A stretch of 64,000 nt of DNA from Chiloscyllium plagiosum (Eukaryota), in NCBI RefSeq assembly GCF_004010195.1, contig NC_057746.1, positions 27,538,374 to 27,602,373 of the forward strand, written 5' to 3'. Of the stretch, positions 1 to 10,800 are shown in pieces (position 1 is the first letter of the stretch; the number at the start of each line of letters is the position of its first letter). Made by a program: the position numbers and the translations under genes. The notes under the pieces were generated by a model, which saw only the letters and a list, made by a program, of their open reading frames with translations, was not told the DNA's origin and did not search any database.

Positions 1-319
1 AGATTACTTAAACCGTCTGCAGCTTCGGTGTCTCGGCCGTTCAAAGGCGCATTCTTCGGATGTTGACAGAAATGCCCTGACTAAGAAAATTGTGCAATGA
101 ATGGATCCATTTCCATAATGTATGTTATATGCGTGTTTCAGACAAGGGAGAACTGGGTAGAGTCTGAAGAGCGTGAAGATATAAGGCTACTAAGTGGCGG
201 CTGTAAGAATAGATTCCTGCAATGTGCCCTCACAATCAGGACTATGGCTTCTCTGCGCACTATTGTGTAGGAGGTTTCAAACCATTGACGCTTCTTTCAT
301 TAACGTAACAAATTGAAAT

Positions 320-750
320 TTTAGTTCTGCAGGAGAAGAAGCGGCGATTGTTCTCCCTCCAGCAGAGACAGGTGCGGGGAAATTTAATATGACTGTCAAA
401 AGCATGAAGCACTCTGCTCTAATAAAGAGCGAGAAACACTTCCCACTCGGGCAATAATCGCGTACTGGCCGACACCGATTAAAGGTATTTGAAGCAGCGT
501 CGGTGATGAAGTTGTTACTGTTTTAAAATTGCGCAGCGAGTTACCACGGTCTGGAACGCTGTGCCTGTAACGAGGATGGAAACAAAGTTCACAATAAAGT
601 ACCTAAAAGGGAATTGTGAAACGCTTTGGAGACTGAGGGGGACACGGCGGAGGGAAGGCAGGCAGATTGGTTCGAGAAGACGAAGTAGGAACTGTTTCAA
701 GCATCCAGTACGGTCAAGCCGGACCGAATGGCCTCCTTTTGCGGCCACGA
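320..750 (+). mobile_element. Highly decayed CR1-type LINE 3' end
   Basis: Remnants of GLFSL-like and VWNALP-like ORF2 C-terminal sequence; CCGAATGGCCTCCT 3' motif. Confidence 0.5.
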
Positions 751-1476
751 AGATGATGAAAAAGTATAGCTTGGCGCTCTATGACAGTTCAATGATGGAC
801 GTTTTGATGAACATTCAGAAGCGACGCAATTCGTTCCTGTGAGTGTAAGGAGACGGAAAGGATGCACGGTTTGAAATGAGTGGTCTGCTGGGAAGGGAGA
901 GAGGGCGAGTGAAATTGGGGAGTGTAAAGGTGGGGAGAGCAGTCTTGTTTTTCACCGAAGCTGAATACAGTAGATACTGGACATGACAATCCTGAGGTTG
1001 AGCGGGATGGGGATAGTAACTGTCAATCCTTGCACTACCCTCCAACCCCACCTATTTCCGTCCACAATCCATCGCCGGTTCCACTCTTTAGTGGACAGCG
1101 AATCAGAAACCTAACGTGCATAAGCGATGGAAATAATGAAACCGAGTATTCCACTCCGCTATATAACGCGTGGATTTACCGCTCCGCCCCGGATGCATTG
1201 GGCTTGGAGAGATTATGTTCCATTTCCATGTATGGGCGGAACGAAAGTCGCCGGTAGGTTAAACTATACCAGCTACTGCTTTATTCCACCCACACAGGGA
1301 GGAAATCGCGCGATGATGTACAATTATTTTCCCTGACAATCAATCTGAATGACACACGCCTCAATTCCCTCCTCAACGGCTGTTACTTCAGATACCGCCG
1401 TGGGCCGCAGCGGATGTGCTACTGTGGTGGTTGAAGAAATCGTAAAGTTATAAAGCTGGACACTCCGGCGTTCAGC

Positions 1477-1896
1477 ATGGCTTCAGGCCACACCACCCTG
1501 AACCTGGAAGATGAACTAAACTGTCCCCTTTGCCTCCAGCTCTACGCAGATCCGGTCATACTGGACTGCGGGCACGACTTCTGCCGGCACTGTATTACGA
1601 AATACTGGGAGAAGGAGAATCGAACTGCCTGCCCCGAGTGCGGCCAGGTCTTCCCGGACAGAAGCCTGAAGGCGAATCGCGCGCTGGGAAAACTGGTTAA
1701 AAAGAGCCGGAATCATTCCCTGAATCTCAAACTCAAGGACAACAAACCGTATTGCATCGAACACGAGGAGGAGCTGAAATTGTTTTGTGAAACGGACAAG
1801 AAGCTGATCTGTGTGATGTGTCTGGACAGGAGAGACGGAAGAAGCCATAAAACCCACAACTTCATGTTGATCAACGAAGCGGTGGAGATTTACAAG
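1477..1896 (+). CDS. TRIM-A exon 1 (RING + B-box2)
   Basis: ATG in AGCATGG context; [17 protein letters not shown]; CIEH..CETD..CVMC..HKTH; donor AAG|GTAAGG. Confidence 0.93.
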
Positions 1897-4800
1897 GTAA
1901 GGGAGTAAATGGAAAGCTTTGGGGCTTGGAATATTGCGTGAAATTCTGGTCTCTTTCCTATCGGACTGATGTTGTGAAACTTGAAAGGGTTCAGAAAAGA
2001 TTAGCAAGGATGTTGCCAGGGTTGGAGGATTTGAGCTATAAGGAGGTTGAATAGTCTAGGGCTGTTTTCCATGGACCGTCGGAGGCATCGGAACGTGCAG
2101 AAGCGGTTAGATTACCAGGATGTCTATGCCATGCTGAAGGTCTTATAGAGGTTTATAAAATCATGAGGGACATAGATAAGATAAATAGACAAAGACCTTT
2201 CCTGGGGTGGGGGAGTCGAGAACTAGAGGGTCTAGGTTTAGGGTGAGAGGAGAAAGACATACAAGAGACCTAGGAGGCGACTTTTTTCAGTCAGAGGGTG
2301 GTGCGTGTATGGAATGAGCTGCTAGTGGAAGTGGTGGAGTCTGGTACAATTGCAACATTTAAAAGGCATCTGGATGGGTATATGAATAGGAAGGGTTTGG
2401 AGGGATATGGGCTAAGTGCTGGACTAGATTGGGTTGGGATATCTGGTCAGCATGGACGAGTTGGACCGAAGGGTCTGTTTCCGTGCTGTACATCTCTATG
2501 ACTATGACTCTATAACGGTGAATGCGCAGGAACACCTTAAAGACTCCCACACCACCGCCACTAAGAATCTCGACTTTAATTGCAGGAGAAAATAAAATTG
2601 AGCCTCAATTCCCTCAAGCAGAAAAAGTCTTATTACCAAGAATTCGAATCGAAACAACAGGAAAAGATCACAGAAATCAAGGTAACGACTCAGGTGCCTC
2701 CGGGATTTCTTTCAGAAAGCTCCTTCGCATTGAGTTGTACTGACCATGGTTTGTGTTTGCAGGATCAGTCGAATAAGCTGCAGAACCACATCACGACGGA
2801 GTTTTCCAAAATGCGCAGCGTGCTGGACGAAAAGCAGCAGAATCTGTTCTCGGACCTGACGACGCAGGAAAACGACGTTCTGTCAAGAATGGAGAGCAAC
2901 CTTCGCAAGATTCAGGAGAACCTAAATCGCACGCAGCAAATGCTCTTGAACGTGCAGAAGCGGTTAGATTACCAGGATGTCTACGCCATGCTGAAGGTTA
3001 GCGGTTGGTGAACAAAGAACATAAAATAATTGCACTACTGGCCTCCCAGCCACTTGTTGGCTTCCTCCTTGCCCCTCGCTCTTGTTTCAGCAATACAACC
3101 GCGGCGCAATTTCCACGCCATTTTCACTTTTTTTTTTGTGAACTAAGATTAGGTTTATTCACTCTGAACAAAACATCAAAACAACACTCCCAGCGCCTGG
3201 AGAACGAAGCAAGTTGTCAAAATTTGTTCGGTTTGACGAAGTTTGCGTTCGGGATGATGCCTACAGCGACCCCAGGGACCCACTTTGTTTCCTCACGGAT
3301 TATATTAATTAATTTGGCCATTTGTGGAATTATTCTTAGAAAGTCCAGAATTGAGGTTTTGGAGGACGGGGAATGTTGGAAAAGGGTATGGGCTGTCAGC
3401 TGAGGTGAAATGATCGCTAAATCCATTCGAATTCATAATTATCATTATGAGGGTGAGAACAGGAGTGGAAGAGGGGTTCACATTTATGAAATTGTCCAGG
3501 TTAAAATTCTGGTGCTCTGCCCGGAAGCACCGATGGTAGGTGCACTTACACTATCCCTCCCCATATTTCATAAGCATACTGCCTTCCACGGAATCTGGAG
3601 AACGGCGATAAATTAGTCGTTTGTAGCCATTCCAGACGGAGTGAGGTGCAATAGGGGCAAAGACGGTGAGCACTCTTTTCTTTCTATTCCGGCAGGCTGA
3701 CGAATGCTTTCATATAGTCCCGAAATTGTCCAATGTCAATTTACTCATGTTCGGCCACTTGACATGTAGATTCCTGTAAAATCATGGGAATTACTTTATC
3801 ACAACCTAGAAACCTAATTTGACCTTAGAATGCTTGCAGATATATGTACAGGTATTGTCACACGAAGGCAGCGTTAAGGGCCAGACAATGAAAGTGGAAG
3901 GGCCCACTAATCATTCATTGTCCCTTTTGCTACGCTGTGGTTTCAAACATGTTCGTTTCTACACGACTTTGATTTGGTAGTCTAAGTTAAGTCGGCATGA
4001 GGACATGGCATCTTTTTTTTCTTGAGTGGCACCGAACATGTGCCTTTTTTGTATTTGTTTTTGAGATATGTGCATCCTAGGCTAAAATTCATTCTCTATC
4101 CAATATTATTATCGATGATGGGAGTTACCTTCTGGGACAACTGCATTCTTTGGAGTGTAGGGGACACCCAAGGTGCCCATGAGATGGGAGTTCTGGGATG
4201 GTTGCCCCGGAATGTTGCAAGAATGGCTATATATTCACAGGTCAGGAGAGGAGTGTGCCTTGAAATGGAGCAATTGGTTGGTAGTTGCAAAGTATCTGCT
4301 ATTCTTGTATCTAAATGGTAGTAGTTGTTGGTTTGCAAATATTGTCTAGGAAGCCTCAGTGAGATGTTACAGTGCATCTTGTAGAGGTACACACTGCTGC
4401 CACTGTCCTTTGATGGTGAAAGGGTTATGCATTGAAGGTGGTGGAGGGGAATGCCAGTCAAGTGCGCTGCGTTGTCCTGGATGGGGTCAAGCTTCTTGAG
4501 TGTTCTTGGAGTTACACATGTCCAGGTAAAATAAGAATATCCAACTGCATGTATATGGGAAACATGAAATCACTCTCCTGACTTGTGCCTTGTAAATGAT
4601 GAACAATCTTTTTGGAGACAGGAGTTGACCTCTGACCTGCTCTTGTAGTGATGGTGTTTATATGGCCGATTGAATCCCGTTTCCGGTTGGCCCCGGATCC
4701 ATTGTTGGTAATGCCATTTAATTTCAAAGGGCAACGCTCAGATTCTTCATTGTTGGAATGGTATTTTTTTCCCTGGCACTTGCATAGCCTGAATTTTCAT

Positions 4801-7800
4801 TGCCACTTATCAGCCCAAGCTGGGATACTATTCAGGTCTGTCTCCATAGGTTACAGAGATACACAAAGAGAGGTCTCCGGGGCAATGTCTGGCTTATTTG
4901 CATGACATTAGAAAACAACGGTCCGTTTTCTGTCGAGGTCTATTACTTGTTATGTTGCGACAATGTATTCTTTCAGACTAATGTAACTTGACATCGATCT
5001 TCTGTGACTTTAATACCCATTTTATTTTCCTTTTAGGACCCTCCACTCGACGAGAAGAGGTATGGCACGCTCTTCATAAAAATTACATAGCATAATCAAA
5101 CAGTTAATTGGAGTGTTTGTTGTGTGCATTGTAGTGCTAACTTTTGTCTATACTTACTCTCAGCACTGAAGACGACTACCAACCTACGATAGCAGAGGGC
5201 AACCTACCAATCGGAATTTTCCAAGGACCAGTCCAGTATAGAGTGTGGAAACAAGTAATAGACGTAATAAATCCTGGTAAGGAAGTCTTTTTACACCCAT
5301 GAAATCCTCAGTAAGTATAATTATCTGCGCAATATAGGATGCTTAAATTTGAACCTGGACAATGGTCTGGCATTCCTTAGGATTATCGTCAGTCTTCTAC
5401 CATTACCTCTGTGATAAGATGGATGGAATGTCTGAAAACTGTGAATTCTGCAATTTGCATTCAGTCTAGTATTGAAGCAATCCTGGTGATATATGGTGAT
5501 ATGCCACTGGACAATCACAATCTCATGAAATGTCGAATCAGATTTGAAGGATTAATCAGCTAACTTCTGTTTGTCCTGTACAGTGGGTGACACACGGTAA
5601 CTCAAAACATTTCAAGACCAGAGCGTTGAAACTTTTATTCATTTAAATTACCACACGGTATGAGATAGCTGGAATAATAGTTTAGGCTAACTTAGCTTCA
5701 ACTATTAAGTGAGGTATGTTACCAAAGACTGGCAACTGAAACTTTCAGCTTCCGACAACAAAAGGGAGAGGGCCAATCGAATGTATAAAACACAGATTAA
5801 ATCATATCTTCCAACTGTTTGGGACACAAATTGAAAGCAGGTTCTTTAAACCCACAAATGAATGCATCCTGTAAGTATTACTTCCTATTTGGAAGTTCAG
5901 AAGTTGAATCCAATTTTTTTGGGGGTAGTGTTTTCTGTTTAAGTGATAGTGAAGACGTGAATGAATATTAAAATTCGGTGTTAATCGAATTGCTTGCTTA
6001 AATCAATAATTTCAGTTAATATTTGAATTTGCTGAAATTCCCAGGGTTGGTTCAGTGTAAATACACCACAAACAAAATGTTAATTTGAAAGAATTGCCCC
6101 ATAACCAATTTGAAGAAAGCCTTCTATTAACAAACTGCAGTGGGACAATTTCCAGTGCCTTTTGCTTTTATCGCAGTGTTGAATGCTGACAGAACAGAGA
6201 TTTATATGATAAACTGTAATTGGAGTAATTCTAGATAGGGAAAGAATAGATGATGCAAGTTCAGAGGACTTATAAGGTTAATCCTTCTCCAGCCCATAAT
6301 AAAACCTGAGATGCTATTGCCCTCCGTACTCTTCATTCCTGGAATATGATTGCCTCTGGCAATACCCTACCTGACAACAACTCTCCAATGGCTGGCTCCT
6401 TTTTTGTGAGATGTGGGCATTGTTGACAAGGTCAGAATTTATTGATCAATTATAATTGCCATTGGGAAGGTGGTGGAGAGCTGCATTCTTGAAATACTGC
6501 AGTCCACTTCATGTAGGTCCACATGCAGTGCTCTGCATGGAATCATAGAATCCCTACAGTGTGGCAACAGGCCATTTGGCCCAAAACGTTCACACCCATG
6601 CTCTGAAGATCATCCCACCCAGACCCATTACCCAACCCTATTAATCTATATATACTCTTGACTAATGCACCTGACCTCCATATCCTTGAACACTGCGAAA
6701 TTTAGCATGGCTACTTCACCCAACCTACACATCTTTGGATTGTGGGAGGAAACCATAGCATTCGAAGGAAACCCACACAGATATGGAGAGAATGTACAAA
6801 CTCCACTCAACCCTAGGCTGGAATCAAACCTGGGTCCCTGGCGTTGTGAGTCAGCAGAGCTAACCACTTAGCCACCATGCAAATCCAGGATTTTGGCCAA
6901 GTAATGGACACATTTCTAAGTTAGAAAGGTGTGTGGTTTGGACAGGTTCTTACAGGTGGCCGTGCTTTTATTTGCCCAGTAGGTATTAGAAATCGTGGGC
7001 TGAAAAGTGCTGTCGAAGAGGTTGACGAACTGTTCCTTCTCCTGCCAGAATTCCTTTTCATGGCAATAGTGCCTGTTTGGGTCCTGGAAGGACACCCTGC
7101 CTTAAATGTGATAACATTGCTGGTCAGCTGGGCCTTTCAAGTGAAAGTGGTTTATTTGATGATATTTGTCGGTACCTTGGTTAATAATTGGGAAACGACA
7201 TTCATGAATAACAGACTGAAACATCAGCCTCTTGTTTGTAACTTGAAACTATGGCAATGAAATTGGAAGAACATTGTTGGAGCCCCAGAACCCACATGGG
7301 AAAAAAATTCCGTAGCTTAGTACTTTAAGGCAGGTAAAAGCTACCTGGTCAGCTACACGCCCCCCTACAACCCACCCTCCCATCCTGGCACCTTCCCCTG
7401 CCACCGCAGGAATTGCAAAACCTGCGCCCACAACTCCTCCCCCACCTCCATCCAAGGCCCTAAAGGAGCCTTCCACATCCATCAAAGTTTTACCTGCACA
7501 TCCACCAACATCATTTATTGTATCCGTTGCTCCCAATCGGTCTCCTCTACATTGGGGAGACTGGACGCCTCCTAGCAGAGCACTTTAGGGAACATCTCCG
7601 GGACACCCGCACCAATCAACCACACCGCCCTGTGGCCCAACATTTCAACTCCCCCTCCCACTCTGCCGAGGACTCCCCCTCTCACCTATTGTACTCTATG
7701 CTACTTTCTCCCCACCCCCACCCTCCTCTCAATTATCTCTCCACTCTTCAGGCTCTCTGCCTGTATTCCTGATGAAGGACTTTTGCCCGAAACATCGGTT

Positions 7801-10800
7801 TTACTGCTTCTCGGATGCTGCCTAAACTGCTGTGCACCACTCTAATCTAGACACTAATACTTTAAGGCAGCCTAGGCCCCTTATTCGCAGAGATTCAGAT
7901 CATTGTTACAATCTGGTTTCTTTGTAAATTATGGAAGAGATGGGGGAAAACAGATGATTCCTCAGAATATGTGCATTACCAGCAGGGTTAATTCTTCACA
8001 TTTGTCCCGTTCTCTGGAGCTACTTTTATCTTTGTGCAGAGATACACTGAGGATTGAAGGAAATTTCATTTTGCATGGCATTCAAATCTCATGATATGAA
8101 CAGTTGGTATGGTGATTAAGTAGGTATTACCCGTTATATACCAGCTGGGAAATCCAATGGCTGGATCAAATGCCAGTTTTATATTTTGGCCAAATGTTAT
8201 CATTATAAAAAAATCATTCATGGGATGTTTGCCACAGCTTAAGCCAGCTTTTATTACCCACCCTAATTGCCCATAGGGCAACTAAGAGCTTACTTCATTG
8301 CTCTGGGTGTGGAGTCACTCATAGGCCAGACGAGTTTCCCTCCTTAAAAGACATTCATGAGCCAGATGGGCTTTTGGCTCCTGCATTGGGTACAACATTA
8401 GAATTTAATGCGATGTCCTCAGATTCCAGTCAATGGTTCATTTAACATATGTCTTCCTGTAGGTCGCTTGTTAGTTGAGGTTGGTTACTTGAGTTGGCTG
8501 GAGGCTGGTTTGCAATTTAGAGTGACACCATCACTGCAGGTTCAATTCTCCACCTTCTCAACCTGAGACGTGATGACCCTGAGGTTAAAACTTCACCACG
8601 TATCTCTCTTTCTGATGAATCCTTAAGTATCGTGCTCTGTGTACAGCATTTTCTTTGACAGTTCTATCAGCTGTAGCCATTATTCCCTTTATAATATGCC
8701 AAGGAGCCAAAGATTGGGTGGAGGGCTCTTGGCAAAATCGTTCCTATTGCACTACCAATTCTCACGAGTTTCCACATCTTCATCTCGGAAGGAGAAGATA
8801 GAAAGCAAGTAGGCCCAATTGCAATTCCAAAATCGCTCTCAGTGAAAACCTCAGTGTACTTGTGTGAAACCTGTTGGGTTTAGTTGTTTAGTTCCAGCTG
8901 TAAAACAAGTCGATACCGAACAAGAGTAAGTTCACATGAGGAGAATGACCTCGTCAGTGAAGCAGTAAATGCTATTAGCCATTTCTTGGCTTCATCAGAG
9001 CTATGAAGAAAACAATTTGACGAAAATGGCAACGATCGATTGTAAAGTTACCTCAACAGGAAAAGGCCGTCGATATAATTTTAAGTAATATGTAAGTCTT
9101 GGAAGTTTCAAGTTAACGTAGTTTTATTAAAAAATTGTGAATTCACTGAAATATTTGAAACGAGAAACCATAGGTTAGCGTTTTGGATACAGACTCTTTT
9201 CCAGAATTGGAATGTAAAAGATAAGCATGCCCTTCATAGGACTGAACAAAATGGACATTAGAGGGGACAATAGATAAAAGCCAACTGTCAGCTTTTAATT
9301 AATGATCACAATGAAATTATTAAAATATGTCTTCAGTTGAAATGGTCCGATCTAATCCTCGATTTGTTTCTCCATCCTGAGGAAATAGTACCTTAACCTG
9401 TGAATGCCACACATCAGACTACTGTTTTGATGTAGGGGTGGTTTTAATGCTAAGATACAAAGGATTTTTTTAAAGCTGATGATCTAAAACTTGCAGGTGA
9501 GGATAGCACTAATGGACTGCAAGGCTAGTGAGGTACGCAGGTAAGAAGCAAGTAGAATTTAAAATAAGGAAATGTGAAGTGATGTATCATGTCAGAAGGC
9601 AGTAGAGACTAAATGGCACAGGTCTAAAGTGTATGCAGGTCTCGAGAAACTTTCGGATCCATGTGCACATAATTTGACAGCACGTATTGTGAGAGTAGTT
9701 TGCAAAATCTTTCAAATTATTGGCTTCATCAACAGTGATGCAGAGTGAAAAAGGCAGAAGCTAATATCGAACTTGACAAAGTGCAGGTGACGTCTCAACT
9801 AGAATAGTGTGTCATCGAATCTTAGGGAGGATGTGAGGATTTTTGAGAGGGTGCCGAGTGGATTTATGAAAATGTTTATCGAGCAATGACGAATATTAAC
9901 TACAAGTTAGGTCGAAAAGGGAAGGGTTGTTCACCTTGGAGAAAAGGAGATTTCTTAGAAGTGTACACTTTATGACATGTTTGGACAGCATAGACAAGAA
10001 AATGTTGTTCCCATTCCCTAACTGTATAAAGCCAATTAGAACATAGTTTTAAGCTTGCAGTCTGAATATAGAACATGGTGTAAATGAAAACAAAGCAACG
10101 ATTCCTAAAGGAAATTGGCTGAGCTATTGGGAGAATTGATCTTGCAGGGCCATTGGGATAGAACAGCGGAATGAGACTGACAGCATTGTTCCACAGAGAG
10201 GACCTCCAGTGTTGGTGGACAGAAAAGCCTCTTTTAGTGCCTTTTCACTCCTGGAATTCATGAAAAAATGAAAATAATATGTTGCTGACCTCTTGCAAAT
10301 GATCAGAAAAATTCTGATTGGATTAGGTTCTAATTTAATTCAAAAATCTCAGCAATGTTTGATAGATGGGCTTGATGCTTTGGTAAAGCCAAAGGGATAA
10401 AATACAGCTTCATTGGGAACTGATTAATCACAGGAGGTACCAACTTGGAAATCCCCTCTGACATTCTGTATACAGTCTAAAGTCAATACCTTGGGAAATG
10501 AGGCACAGTATGCAATGGGTTGAGGGGTGTCTAATGGCTACGGACACCTTCCACCCAATCCTAAATCGTATTTTGCATTCTTTTGGTGTGTCTCAGAGAA
10601 GAGAGGTAGTGAAGGCAGTGCTCTGACAGTGACATTTTTCTACTCTCCAGTTGCTCCTAAGCCTCTTTGTAGGTCATTAAGCCCATTAGAGATTTAATTT
10701 ACCAAGTTAACTAGGAAGCACCCTGCGTGACCTTTACCTGTTGCTCTCCCGTCCTCAGTTGCATTTGATCAGTCTTAGAGGGGCCCCCTTATCTTGAAGC

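Noticed and set aside
561-842. ORF ending VLMNIQKRR, similar to exon-3 MLLNVQKRL
   Set aside because: The match is short, and most of the ORF overlaps a decayed CR1; likely chance.
1449-1454. TATAAA upstream of TRIM-A
   Set aside because: Only about 25 nt from the ATG, which would leave essentially no 5' UTR.
1516-2007. Antisense ORFs over TRIM exons (also 16474-16974 and 43534-43890)
   Set aside because: These are shadow frames of GC-rich coding exons.
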